DNA from: Ophelia neglecta
Taxonomy: Eukaryota
Length of the DNA stretch: 64,000 bases
Direction of reading: 5' to 3'
Assembly: GCA_965285935.1 (NCBI GenBank)
Contig: OZ260664.1
Location: forward strand, 70,432,001 to 70,496,000
Of this stretch, positions 23,001 through 38,000 are shown piece after piece (position 1 is the first letter of the stretch; each line of letters opens with the position of its first letter). The position numbers and the translations under genes were made by a program. Below the pieces are notes generated by a model. That model was given only the letters and a program-made list of their open reading frames with translations, made no database searches and was not told the DNA's origin.

Positions 23001-26000
23001 TGCCGTATCTTTCAGGTAATTCAATGATGTTACAAACCCTCCGTCTCGTCTGACAGGCCAGACGCAGTACAGATTTTCTCTAGGTTCGTCTATAACACTG
23101 CATCCAGTACCCGGCAACCCAGCCAAGCGACCATATGGGTCTGTTTATTAGACTCTGGAATGTTCTGCTAGGTACAAAACATATTTTATAAAGGCAGACA
23201 GTGAACTTGTTTATGTGAACCTTCAGTTTAGCTGGAAGCAGGCAGCCGGCCCTGCTTTGTCGAGCAAAAAATATCGCATATTGTCATGGTGCATGGATAA
23301 GTTTAAAGTATTATTATTAGAATGCAAAAATCAGATATGCATAATCTATCAATGCTCGATTTAAAAACCGGTGTTTTAGAAGAAATCCTGAGAAAGTCTA
23401 GTTGACATCTGGTTTTGACAAGAGAGATTGGCCAATTCTGTTTCCGGTTCCGTTATAGGTAATACTCGCTTGAAGACCAAGTTCTTAGCAGTTGGTAAAT
23501 GACTTGGTTGGCAACCTTTTCTTCTTCTTCTGTACTTGGCATAATTTTCATTGAATAAATAGTAGCATATGTACTATTTGCTACACTAACCATTGATCAA
23601 ATAATAACTCATTAGTGTCTATTTGGACGACGTAAATTAAATTATTTGACAAATAACAATTTCGCAGTGCTGCCACTGCTCACAGCGCTGCGTTTAGCCC
23701 GTTAACAGGATCAACTCCCGTGTCCGGCTTTACCTCGGACAGCTCCATGGGAGTTTAAAATCGACCTGCCCGATTCATGACAGACAAACCACACAATCGA
23801 CTTTGCCTTAATTGCCCCGTGATTCTATTATGAGACCTATTGTTTGTCGAATTAGGGTAAAAAGTCCGATAGACGGAGATGATGGGGGAAACCAAATTCC
23901 TAATTGTCGTGGCTCCTTGGCTTGTGTTTATGTGATTTAGAAAGTAGCCGTGACATTGGATTCGCTTGTTTTTTCAAAGGGTCGTTATATAATCAGGAGA
24001 TTTGTCGGGAATCGATCGAGCGGTTTTGCTTACTTTAGTGTGAATGTACGCAAAGACTGAGCCATAGAGATTGAAGTAGTGCGAGTAATCCACAGCGCAG
24101 CTGTTCGCATGGCTGAAATCAAATGTGCGGGAAAGTCAGTTGTTTATTGTCGATTGATGTCTAGTTTTTTTCTCTTCCGCATGTGGTTGGAATTGTGTTC
24201 AATACTATACATGGTTTATTGCTTAAGAGCATAGAAGTTTAAATGATTTAAAAAATAAGCTTTTTCTCCAGCTAACCAGTTGTTCTCCTTGATGAAGCCG
24301 TTTGGAGAACTGTGATTGGTTGTCACTCCACGTCCGAGCTCGCTTTATAATTATGCATTTATATGAAGGATCGAAACACAATTGATATGAAATACAATGT
24401 AATGAGCCATTAGTCTGGACCGCAGTTACATACCTTGTTCCGTACAGTGCGCTGTTTACCTAATCTCACCGACATAATTGATCCAACTGAGAGCGGTGTT
24501 TAGACAAGCAAGTCTAGTGTATTACACTCATTCTTCTCGCTTCTGAATCTATACATGATTGACGCATAATGGCCATAAAAATAGTCAGAGAAAACCAATG
24601 AATCTACTGAAGGAAAGCGTCTCTAATGTTTCAGCGTGCCGGGCCACAATCAATCCTAGCCCTTACAATTGCAGGACGTAATGAGAGTTGGGTGCCCCTG
24701 GCGAGCCCTCGTACGAGCCACATTAGCACAGCGCACCAAACCAAGCGAGCAAGCGATAAGACGAGAGCAATGCCCTGTATGTACAGAATGATAAATAGTC
24801 GAATTGATCGACTCAAAATGGTTTAATCGGGGAATATGGAATAACAGCAACTTTGAATGCCACGAAATGTCTTTGTCGTATACGAACTCCGCTCCATGAA
24901 GAGAAATAACACAAGTTATGCTAGGCTAAATAGACTATAAACCGTAATAACCATGAACCAACAGGCTTGGTGCATACTGACAAGATGTAAGGTGATCATT
25001 AGAAATCTGAATATTAACCTTGAAATTTGATTCTTGGCAACGCTGTGCATGTTTACCAGACTTTGGACTTAGTTGCTCCCATAGCGCGGCATATGGTGTG
25101 CCCAGTAACAAACGTATGGCCCCTAACGTGCCAGATTTCCCGCCAATGGATTAATGGTAACAGCCGAAGCTCCGCAATCAGCACGTGGGTATCACACTCC
25201 CGCCCAGAACGAGACTCAGGGTCGTGACAAATGAATCCGTCGTCAATAAATCATTGTGTACTCTTAATGCGGGGACAGATTCAATTATAGCCGATATCTT
25301 CGGCTGACCACTGTGATAGTTATCGGATTTCTCGGACTCTGGGTTAAGACTGTTGCTAGTCTTCTCTCATTCAGTTCGTCTCTATCTGGGACTATAGTAA
25401 TTGGCTCGGTCGGAAATGTTCAATGTCTCGGACACGTTTGGCCAGCAGCAGTCGACTGTCGACCCGTCTTATGGACCACGGCATCTCCGGCGGGTCGATG
25501 GAGCCAGCTCGCCGTTCGATCGTCCCTCGCAGCTGTCGCCGTCTGCCATGTCAAAGCAAGGTCACCCCGTTCATCAAGTCATGTCCATGCCTCAGCAACT
25601 GTGAATGTCATGCTATAATTATATAAAGCCAGGGCAATTACTTTTCTCATGCATGTAGACCTAGTCTGTAAATAGTCATGGGCTTATCATTAACTCTGTC
25701 AGGTTAGATTGCCAATGTGATGAATTAAAACACTAAGGTTTCATCTCCTAACAGTAAAGACTGAGAGCATGCTGGGGAGACGAAGTCTGATTGTCTTTGA
25801 TCCAGTTGTAACTCCTGAACTAGTATAAGAAGGGAACTTTTTGTTTGCCATCTCCATTCGGTGGGGATATACAAGCGCCTTATCGACTTCTTTCAATGCT
25901 TTCGCTTGCCGTTGTTTTCAGGTTATGGCTGACAATTGAAAAAACAAGGGCATGGCCTGAACAATAGTAAAAACAAGATTCTAATGAGGACAGCTTCGGA

Positions 26001-29000
26001 TAATTCATTTGACATTTTGAATATATGTTGTATATGATTTCGGTACTAAAAACCTTCTGAACACAAGTCTTGGACATTGCTCAGTTCATACGCTGGTCAT
26101 TTTGAACAGGGCGTCGGGCCCAATTGGCGCCTTGATAAACCGGCATTTTAAATGTTTCTTTTATCTTGCAAACAAATCAGAGGATGACTAACATACTAAT
26201 CTGCAAAAGTAATGGTTAGGCCTATATAGGTTCCCAATAATCAGAAAATTGGAGCATCCCATGCACGAGTAGTGTGGAAAACTTCCCAATTTGGTTTTCT
26301 CTAATACATGTGATGGGAGTGAAGCTGTATACCAAGGGCAAGGTCGCAAAGGTCTTCTTAATTAGGAAATTTTATCCGATACCTAAGAAATGGTGTTACC
26401 CCCAATATTTGGCGTGCTTATACTTAAATTAAGACAGCAGTAGTGGGCAAGCTAATTCTCCAGGGCTTCCCAAATGGACAGGAAGCAATTTTAGATTTAA
26501 TCAAGAAGTTAAATTGACTTGTAGCCTTGCAAAGATAGTCACTAAACGCCATGTGAAGTAGTTGCATAGAAGGCCATGGCAGGAAATACCAGTATTAAAG
26601 ACATGCCCTTATTAGTCGATGTTGTTGTTTAATACGGATGTTGACATCCCTAGTCAGTGTGGTAATTGAGCAGCTGTGGCGGCCATGGGCGGTCATATCC
26701 GTTTTTACCCGATTCATGCGTGCCTCATAGGAAAGCATTGGTGTGCCAATCGAATTTTTGAACTTTCCCAAACCCCTGGGTAAATTATAGCTAATCTCAA
26801 CAAAATTGGGTTGAACCCGACGGCGTAGGTTGTTTTATACTCGCAAAATATAAGCTGTTTCTAAGAAATAAAATCATGTGATGCCCATTCTGTTGAAGTG
26901 ACGTAATCCTTTGCTACCGCTGCCATGAAAATGAAAGTTTGATGGTGAAGGGAAAATAGAGAACACACACGGATGCGTTCGCTCAGCAAAATTTCCCGCC
27001 ATTGTTTATTTTGAATACCAAGGATGTCTGTCCGTCGTGTTTGTTTTCGGTTCGAGATGATCGTCCACGTTTGCCTCCAGGCGGAAGTCTTCAATATGTA
27101 GATGTGGCAAGCTCTGTATGGCCGAGGTGAACTCCGGTCAGGCTTTCTCCTCCGCCCGGCCCGCCCCACATTTCATTGATGATTGCGATCTAGTGGTGCT
27201 CCTTCGACGGCCTGATTATTTATAGGATCGGCAAATATTTGTTCAGAAATCCAAAGCAGACGGTTGGCAGCCTTGCCCTGCTAAGGTTCCCCAGCACACG
27301 GTACGCTACATTCCTATAATACAATCATAAGCTCTGTACATTTGCCCAAATAGTAAAGCAGAATTTGGTTAATGTGACAAATTAGGTTTGGCAGAAAGAA
27401 GGATTGAATTGTTCTTTCAATTATTTGCACTGGATCAATTATGGATTTAAAACTGCCTAAGTTGTAAATCGAGGTCATATATTCTGAGTCTCACACGGTT
27501 GTTCAATACTGAGTCGGAAATTGGTTTCATCTACGGACTGAGGACATCTTTCCCGTTTGATTGAGGTTATGAGCCTCGCATAATGACGAAACAAGAGTGC
27601 AGCAGTACAAACACGAGGGGAGTTCCTTGTGTCTTTAATTTTTATCGCCCATTTCTTTTTGCATTATGCAGAGAGAGAGTTTTGTCAAGAGGCGCCATAT
27701 TGACTCCGCTGTATTGATTGATCATTATTTAAACCTCTAATCATTCTCCAATCACATATGAATTTGGCGTCAATTTCCTGAAAGCTATACCTTACTACTT
27801 TTTCATAAGAATCACAGTATCCGCGCTCTTATTTACAAATGTCAGTTCTGCAGACTTCAATTGTGGTTGCCCCAGTCGATATTGGTGTAGCGGAGATGGG
27901 CAAGTCCCTGGGGACTAAGCACTTGACCGGTGCTTTAGTAGAATCCGGGGCTTCAACAGTTATATGGAACTTGGCGTCACGTGTCCAGGCGGGATCCCGA
28001 CGGTACTCGTCATCGATTGAACCCAGGTCGGACGGCTTGACCCCACGTCGGGCGGCGTCACCATGAAAGAAGCAATCTGTTATTGCGTTATGAAGCACTC
28101 ATAAGATGGACAAGCCTGTCTGGCGCTTAATATATGGAAATTCGCATTGAACTCGATTCCTTATTAAAGGATCGCCTCCTCCATAATCAGTTTTTCCCCG
28201 TTACCAAGACGATACGCGGACAAATAATATGATTTGCCTCTCCAAACAACACACAAAGGAGTCATTCTTTGATGTTCTCTTCAGGTCAAGGTCACATAGT
28301 TGGTATTGTGAACAACCAGTGCCTATAGAAAGAGGACTGTCTTGTGCAATGGAAGTAGACTCGATTAAGGGGGCATGAAATCTGATACATATAAGTTTGG
28401 ATTGGTATTCTCATTTATTTCGTCTAAGGTGAATTTTTTCGAGGGTAATTGAACAAGGTCGTCTGCTTCTGGATATTAATTGCATTTTATAGATATAGGG
28501 TATACCCTCTTCCGCTAACCCTTCTTATAGAGACAAATTGGATTTATTTGTAAAATGTTTTCCTTAAGTTGGGGTTATGACCACCGCCAACTCTTCCACA
28601 CCCACAACCCCGTACTTCTTGAATATACCCCTGAGCCGGATAAAATGGCGTCTCGTTGGTCCTACGTACTACTGTAAATAAATCAGTACTGCGCCGGTTA
28701 ATATACCAAACGATACGCGCTGTCTCAATCCTCCATTTGTCGCGTGAACAGAAGTGGCGTGTCCTTCGTAGTCGGCCTTTAGACAGTTTGAAGACGGGTG
28801 TTAGATCAAACTTTCTCTCCTGCACTGATGGACTGTATTAAAATACATGAACAAAAGGAGCTCTTTTGTATTAACTTTAATCCTAAGTAGGCTTCCGATC
28901 AGAAAAAAGTCTCAATTTTGATTGTAAGAACTGTACCGATAACACTTTCTATACTGCCATTGATTTCATTGGCGATTTCCACTCTTTTCATATATTTCTC

Positions 29001-32000
29001 TTTATGGCGGGTATCACGCGACCACGATATTACAAATGACTTAATATGTTATCAGCTTTATAAATTCAACTTATATTAAATCTAGTACTTTTTTCTACCT
29101 GTATATACAATTACAAGGTCCGCACGTATATTTCTCACGACCCCTTTGGAAATGAATTTCCTCGGATGTCCGTGTTTTTGGATCTTCCTCAACTCAATAC
29201 TTCGTGTGTTGTAAGATTAACGTGCACGGCAAATCGTTTTCTCCCCTGAAGGTTGATGTGAAAAGATCCAAGATAGAATTACGAAGATGGGAACCCCGTA
29301 AAGTGCGAAAAAAGTCCGTACCTTGGCGTCCTTTTCTCGATAATTTCTCCTGAAACTGAATTCGCAAAGGTTTAATTGAGGAAAATGAGTTTCCCAGCTG
29401 TCACTGTGAGCTTGGAAAGTAGATAAGATATTGCTACATGCTGGTTTCTTGCCACTTCTGTGAGTTGACAGGTCCATACTTTCAACGCCTATTTAATTTC
29501 GTCCAATCGCGATAAAAGGGAAGCCTGTATTCCGGACATCTCCGTCTTGGATTTCTTTCGGAATCGAGTTATAGCTTGAATGTTTTCTCATCATTGTCTC
29601 CAGGCTATTGTAATTAATGGAATCTACGGAGGTGGAATGTCGCCTGCTGTGAGGCCCCTTCTTTGTATATACTAATATATATAAATACATACAATAGCAC
29701 ATAACAGCGTCCAAAGGACAAACGCGGATGGCACATATAATAATAATTAACTTATTATATATAATAATCTTGAACTGTACTATGATTAATGTTCATTTCA
29801 CGTTATCAAGGAAACCTATGACAAAACATGAAGAAAACCCAAATTAAAATTTTTGCTCCCTTTGGCTTACTACCTTTATCTGGGAAAAAACATACTTCAG
29901 TTGGGAAAACTGTTAATCGGAAAGTATACCGAAATATATGTGTTTCATTACTCCTTATTGAAGAGTACAGATTTACTAACTGTGAGATTGCATGTGAAAA
30001 CTAATTAACATAATGAGAGAACTAAAGATTGCAACCGTTAGTCGGATAAACGTGTTTGAAATAAAAAGAGAATGTCAAAACACTCTCATTTCTATTGCAC
30101 AGAGAAAACGTTACCAACTTGCATCCGACCTCGACGCCAGTTTTACAGATTTGTCATAGAAACTACGGGTAGAAATAACATGCCGATTGTGATCCCAGAT
30201 CGAGAAAAAAACACTATGAAAATATACCGCTGTGAACTATTGTGTGGCGATCGTTAGCTGTAAACTGACGTCTTGTCAGTAGCGGAGTGTGCGGAAGAAT
30301 ACATGTGTAGTTTAAAAGTTGATTGTTCCGGCACACACTAAATGGATTTTTCGAGCAATTTATGGCCATATATGCATTTATTGAACAGACCCAGGGTAAT
30401 TAAGGTAAACTGGTTAGAGAAGCAGAGATACTTTAGCATGTATCCTGGCGGCGGAAATCATTTCTCACTCAATTTAGCACTAAAAGTGTCCTGGGCGGTA
30501 CGCTGATAATATGAGGTAGGCACGGACGAGAACTGTGAGGTAATGCCTCCACCAGCTTGGAGTTTCCCTGAAGGCTTCTTTCTGTCTGTTGATATCTTTT
30601 AAATGATTGAAATGAAGCGAACTGGGATTCATTGTCATTTAGCATCATTCGCTTAGTGCTACAATCGCTCAGTGCTACCTGGGGACATTATGCTCAATTC
30701 AGAAGCTGCAGTTGACGAAATAAAAACAGGCTGGAGTGTTTAAATGACCGAAAAATATATGACACATTCTAAGTGACCAAATTAGCCTCGCGTAGATCAA
30801 ATCGGATACCACGTGCATGTTTGTCGTTATCTCTTCTGTTTCCAGCCATGCGCCGCTCCCCCTCTTGTTCTTCGATAGGCCTACATGCCGCGCACACACA
30901 AAGATAATCAACTTGCGATAGACATTTTTCTGTTGTATCTTCAATTGCTTCTTATTTAAATGTAGTTGAGTTTTTGTTACAGAAATTGCTCACTCGATTT
31001 CGCCTATTCGATCAAGTAATTTCGCACTAAATACGGACAATAACAATTAATTTATTGGCTATAATCGTATATGCAGAATGTTTTAGTTTTCTCTTGTATG
31101 TGTTTCAAAAACAACAAATGGTAAAATCAAGTGTGGCGGAGGTATTCAAGTGGTGATTTGGCTATCGTTACCTTTTTGTTTAGTGGGAGAGAAACACTAG
31201 AAATTGAACGTACTCAGCCAAGCAAACCTGGTCGCTCATTTCCGTCGGCTGGTTATAAACTCTTGTGCCTTAAAAAATGCAGAACAAATTTTCTTGAAGA
31301 ATGTTCTTTTCCAGTTCCTTCTCCCCAATCTGGAATGTCCTACCTGCGGATATTAGAGAATTTAAATAGGCTTATTATTATAGGCGTACTTGAGAAGCAG
31401 GGATGCCGGTTTACTCGCTGGATCCCTGCCTTATTTTTTTCGGTAGATAGGATGCCATGCAGGAGATGTTAGTCAGAACATCTAGCAAACAATTCTATTT
31501 AGTAAATAGAATTGTTTGCAATATCTATGCTGCAATATGCATACATCAATTCCTAACAGAGTTTAAGGATTTGAAATAAACATAAGTTATTGGGATAGCC
31601 TTGTTTACATGAGAAGGACGGTCATATAAAAGGCACATATTGAACATTAAACCAGGTGGCCTGTATCAATCTTGAGCCTCAAACAACACAATATATGTGC
31701 TCGAGAACCTACTCGGTACAAGCATGACTGCCATAACTGCTGGTAGGCTACGAGAGTAAATATTTCCTATGGAATTAGGGTCGTAAATTATGATTGTTAA
31801 TTGCATTTAGAATTTGAAATAATGCGTTGTATTACCGCCAGCTTCTCCCGGAGCTGTAGATAAATATCAAACATTTAGATTTGCCTAGTGTTGTTTGATG
31901 TTGTATTTATTGCTCTCTTTGTTGATTCAATATCCATTTGTTTATTTTTAATCTAGTATGTAATATATAGATGTTGCCTTTAATAACAGTCTTCATGCTG

Positions 32001-35000
32001 GCACTAACCTTTGCTTTCGAAATTCCACTCGAGGTTACACTCGGGAGGTACGGCTTCAGCTCGCTGTGTTTATTGGCATAACATGACGTATTTGATTGAG
32101 CAGACACAGCTAAGATCACAGCGATCCTCAGGCAATATTAGCATTAAAGGAAAATATAAAGCACGGTTGTGGCTAGTGCCACTGGGATCTCCGCTTGGAA
32201 TGTAATTGCGGCCTAGGTTATATCCAGAAAATAAAGTCTGGCCGACCTGAATTTAATATATACACTGATATACTTTGATTAAATGAATGTTTTGAACTGA
32301 GTTCGTTCACTTATTACGATAAAAATCCCCATAAATCTGGTATAGTCTCGCTGCAACGAATTTTTATGTACTGCTATTCGCCACGTTCAGGGGTCATTAT
32401 AAGAGTGTGCGAAATTTACTGAGGGCAGTTGGGGTTTATTTACTTTTAATATCTGACAAATCTCATTTTGAATAAGGTACTGCTGTCCCTTATCTAACTC
32501 CTTTCGAATCAATAATGTGAGTAGTACTCTCGTACTACAGTAGTCTGCCTAGAGATGATCCCAGTTCAGCGCTTCCATAGTACGGAATGGACTTTTAATC
32601 TCACCTGATTTGAATTCATTAAGTAAATATTTTATAAATTCATATACCAAAGAAATGGTTTACATCAAATAGACACCCCAAAGCACTTTCATTATTAATA
32701 TGCCTAGCGCTATGTGCCAATATCAAAGGTGAATGTACCATGACTAATATCTGTTCACTAACCATCCATCTCTCGAGATAGAATTTAGAAGCTCCCGAGC
32801 TTGAACTAGTGCAAAAGAAACCTCTTGGCTGGTTGCCATCAGATTATCTTCCAAAGACCCCTAGATGGACCTGTCTGTGTTGGAAATCCTTGTCCTAACC
32901 CAATGAAACTGTATATCTACTGTATGTGCTGCTCGAAAGCCATAAAAATATACTACTTGCTGCTTTTAGACCTGCCAGCCGGCTGGCAAGTAAGAACAGC
33001 AAATGTTTCAAAAATAATTTTAGCTAAAAAAAAATAGAAATTAGTTACTTTAGTTTTCTTATGCTTTTGGGCCATATTTGACACTTACGTTGCTGGGGAG
33101 CCCTGGAAAATAGGGACTTGTTCGTTGGTCGAGTACGCTGGTAACGCCCTCTGACGTACCGCTGCGTATGAAGGTCATGTCCAACTGATGAATTCTCAAA
33201 CTTAGTCAAGTCCGTCAAGAGTCCTCTCCCCGTATTGGGACTGTTCAGTAACTTGTTTTTCTATTCGGTTTTTATGATATAAATTCTTCGTCCATGGACC
33301 ATTTAAAATTATTTTAAAACAGAAATGATCATGAAGATGCCTCTAATTCATTCGTCGGATTTTTTTAATTATGATCAATCTTTAACCCTTTCTTCCAAAG
33401 AACAAAAATGTCATGTGTGGTTCGACGTTTCAAAGCCTTTATGCATTTATTTAGGAAATAATCAGATGTTTTGCAGGGATAAATGGAAATGATTTATGTT
33501 AATCTCCATTTAAGCCGTTTTGCCTGGCAGGGATAAGGGGCGAGTAATGGCTGCCCTGTGTATTCCTTTAACTCAAGGAAGACGGGTTATTGTTTATCGA
33601 AAGGACTCGTCTCGCAACTCAACGCCAAATAAACCTCGTTATTAATCCACCATGGCCATGTTCTAGGTCAACAGCAAAAGATCTCTTTAATACGTGTTAA
33701 TCAGTACCCCCTATTTAGTACTCCTAATCAGTACACACTTATAACCACACCCTAATCACTACCCCTATTCCGCAGCACAAAATAACTATTGTTAGAGTCT
33801 CTATTGATTCATCAAGCCTAGCTGGGTGATCATTAATGCTTGTGAAAGAGAATTAGCTGACCAAGGGACGCTTAGCGTAGCAAAACGAGTATGAGTCTAT
33901 TATATAAACAAACAATTGTTTTTCTTTACACTAATGATGTCTGCCCCCATTTAAATGTCAGAGGTACGGTTGTTCTTGACAACAAGTACAAATCATGTAA
34001 GTCTTAAGTTCAATGATGTTCTTGGTTATGACGTGTTAGAGACCATCTCGAGATTGCCCCTATCACGTGACAAGATTCATGAGCTCCATAAAAGGGCAGT
34101 CGATCTTGCCTCCTGCAGCGAGACGAGTCCCTATAAGTAGACACAGCTGCCGCCGAGCCTTGGTAAGCTCAATGCGTCTTCTCTAATTGGAGTCGCCCAA
34201 TGAGGAATGTAATACTTGTACAACTGCTAAACTCAATGGACACGTATTGTCTACTAATGAGACAAGCGACAAGTGCCATTGTGCAAACCTTTATAGATAA
34301 ACAAGTTTTTTATTACATCCCTCGCCGTTAGACAGACGACTTAGTGAGCACCTTTATAACACCTATGGTGTTGTGCTTCAAGCATGTTTCATGGTCGTAA
34401 AATCATTGTCGGGAACAGTATCTCCACTGAGAAAGAGAAGGACCTTCAGTCCATTTTATGCTCTAGCATTGGCAGCTGATGACGGGCATGGCAGATAAAC
34501 TAACAATATGTTTGAATATTGCTTTAAGGCTAGAGATAGGGCGCAGGAGCCACAGATTTATTGGCGGGCGTTTTATGGCTGGCACAGGTGAGGTGCCCCT
34601 TAGTCAATGACGGTTAAGGGGCGGGCGAGGTCAGGAACCCCTCGTCCAGGGACAGTTTAAAGGGAGGGCGATGTGAGAAGCCCCTCAGTCAGTGACGGTT
34701 AATGGGAGGAGGAGGTCAGAAGACCCTCATTCAGGGACAGTTTAGGGGTAAGGGTGTCAGAAGACCTTCTATCAGGGACGGTTAAGAGTGGGGAAGTCAG
34801 GAGCAATCATTCACTAATTCCGGGCGGTTTATGCGTGTGGGAGGTCAGGAGCCTTTCATTTAGGGAGGATTAAAGGGTTGGGGATGCATGCGGGTGGCTT
34901 TACGCCATACCTCGGTTTTTTTACATTATATCTGTAAATTTCTCTATTGGCAACAATGGAATAGCACTTTTTACAAAGAGTTTAATTATGATTTGCTTCT

Positions 35001-38000
35001 TCATATATCCAGTAATTAAAAACTCTATTTTTAATTCATGTTTAATGCGGCACTTGTCGTCATTATTATCGTTCAAGCCATGACCTTGAAATGCATTGTT
35101 GATGTTTTTACAGTAAAAGGCCATGTATTGATTTCAGTAGCAGGATGGCACGCCTCCTTTCCATCATCTCAAGCTACAGCTGGCAGATTCACTATAATTG
35201 GGTTGTAACAAAGCGTCTTTATGGCCTCCTGGCGCCGTGTTACCGCTGCCGGTGAAATCACCTAAGTGAGATTCAATCACGGTGACATCTGCTTAAGCCG
35301 GAACTTCATGAATAACTTTGATACCAGTCTTTATTTGATAGACTTATCATGCAGAGGATTCATCCCCGATGACACATATAACTGAAATCTAGCCCTTCGA
35401 AAAACTAACTTCCATGGTGCCAAGCACGCCGAATGTCTCGATAATCTTGTTTTTAAATGCCACATTGCCTCTTCCAGTTAGACCAGTCAGGGGAAACTCG
35501 ATAAAGCCTAGCCTCTTCATGTACATGAGTCCCTAGAACAAAAAACACCACACTTTTCAGATTGAAGACTATTGGCTGTTGTCCTTACATCGGACATCCT
35601 TCCTCATTTCTTTTCACCCTATAGGCCTCTTGTGTATGAAATGAGTCATTATGGCCTATATATGAAAAGTCACACGAGGAAACCGTATATATGAGCTATA
35701 GGTATTTATTGAGAAAGCATGTCCATGCTGAATCACAGGACAGAGAGCTGGACAGGCCACCTGGCTCAAAATCTCTAAGCTGTGTGATGGTGTCCCTTGT
35801 AAAACCGATTGTATGTCCTAATGCATGGCGTTCTGCACATGTTGAATATGAACGTCTACCACTTTTTGTCGCATTGCATCCTATAGCTTTGAGTCGCTTG
35901 CCACAATCCTCGTGATATAGCAACAAGCGTTGTTTCTGCTACGGCAGTTTTCATCAAAACGAAAAAGTTAAACTCCCCTGGGAATGGTTCTATAATGTTT
36001 TGTGTCCGTGGCGAAGTTAAACGTTACATTGGCAGGAATGAATGATAGTGGCACAGAGAAACTAACAGTGCGTTGTTACACATTCTTATCACAGTTTTTT
36101 ACACAAATCAATGAGTAGTGAATCGATTGGTAAATGAGGTTAACACCAATGAATTGTTAATAAAATAAGTGAACTGAAACAATTTCGGAGCCTTCGGGGG
36201 GGGGGGGGTAGAAGTAAATTGCATGGTGCCAATGGTTTAGACGTTTTCTGCATTATGTGTATAACAATACGACGTTTATGATAAAACAAAAATCGATACC
36301 ATTTGAGGATAAGATTCTTATCCAAGCAATACATTTTGGCAGTCTATATGAGTGAACATTCTGGGTGATTATTATGAATTCAAACGTACTTCGTTTCCCA
36401 TAACATTAAGGGAACAAACGGCCCAATTCGGCAAATGTGCTATGAACGAAAGATCTTTTAGGGATGTAAGTTCCGCAGCTTGAGTTTTGTTATAGTTCCG
36501 CAGCAAACGGATGTCGTAATAATTGGCCAATCGGAAAAGGCTTACATGTTTACTTCGGCAAAACAATGATTGGGTTGATTCTGAAATCATACAACTCGGA
36601 CCGTAAGTTGTCAAGGGACGAAGCTAGAAAAAAAACAATGAAAAAAACTTGAAAACATAGGAAATACCGTGACGCATCACCGATGCAAAAATGAGAGATT
36701 TGACTGGCGCTTCGCGTGTTGGGTAAATCTTCATGAGTGATCAAATGGGGTATGTGAAGGCGAAGCCCTCTTGATGTATTTATATATGCATGCATAGACG
36801 CATTTAAACTCCACACTTCCTAACGGGTCTCTGCTTATTTCTAAACAAGAAATGACAATTTACTAGACTTTTCTCCTATATACGATATACACAGATCTAC
36901 AACAGTGGCCAATATATATATATGGATGGCCACCAATTATTAACACTCGACATTTTTATTATGTAAAGTTACGCTCTCGATTTTAGTTCGGTCTATTTGT
37001 TTCTAAGTTTGTTTATTAATAATTAGGTTTATTGGTAGTTACCTGGTTCAGTGCATATCATAAACTAAGTTACTAGCTACAGAATGGTGTATTTAATTTG
37101 TGTGATTTATTATTGTGTACATTCAGACTATTTCGTCTTCATTTTAAGCGAAAGGGGGGGGGGGGGCTAGAACACGCTTACTGTCCTATATACATGTCGG
37201 TTATGTGTTACCATGTTTCCTGTCGATTTTAGATTTAATTTTAATTTTAATCCTAATTATCTTTCACTTTCTCGTTTAGTTTATTGTCTGACACCAATAT
37301 ATTAATTTAGACATCTAACTGGCTGTTGTGCCCTTTTTCAGTCTATTAAGCTTTTCGCATTCGGTCCGCGCATGGTAATGTTATATCAAATGTTCACATT
37401 CGTCAGTTTTTTATCGCTCTCGCGCTGGCGGTATTTAATTATACCTAAAGTAGGATTCTTTTTTCTTTAATTAATCGTATCATTGTATTATTCTGTATTC
37501 GTAATGACGTATTGTTGTACGTGGACAAATGATATTCTGAATCGAAATCTCACAAATGAGTTCATCTAAGGTGAAGGCATATTCCAGTCTGTTGAAGAAC
37601 CCCAGTGGACCCCAGCCTGATCCATGCTTCTGAACACAATTAACTTTCTTTTTTGATAACAAAGAGTCGCTGTGGAAAACCGACACGTGTCTTAGGGATT
37701 CGGTGGTTAGCGCGCCACTGTTGGAGACATACCTATGGTGTTTGGCTAATCATGCTCGATTGTAGTCGTTGGTCGCCTCGGCGAAAGATCCACTACCCCC
37801 CCACCCACCCACCCCCCACCCCCTCCCTATGTATGCTCATATATATTCATGATAGAAAGGCTGTCGGCTGAAAATTAAGCTGAAGGCCGTCCCCATGTCT
37901 CCCCTGTTTTATAGGTTAAGATATTCAATCTTGGGGATGATCTGTGCAGGCGAACTCTGACTTAGTTCCTGGGAAATGTTAGCCCCCCCCCCCCAACCCC

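Noticed and set aside
24216-24235. ttattgcttaaga, matching the 5' part of miR-137
   Set aside because: The match ends after 13 nt and there is no complementary arm for a pre-miRNA hairpin.
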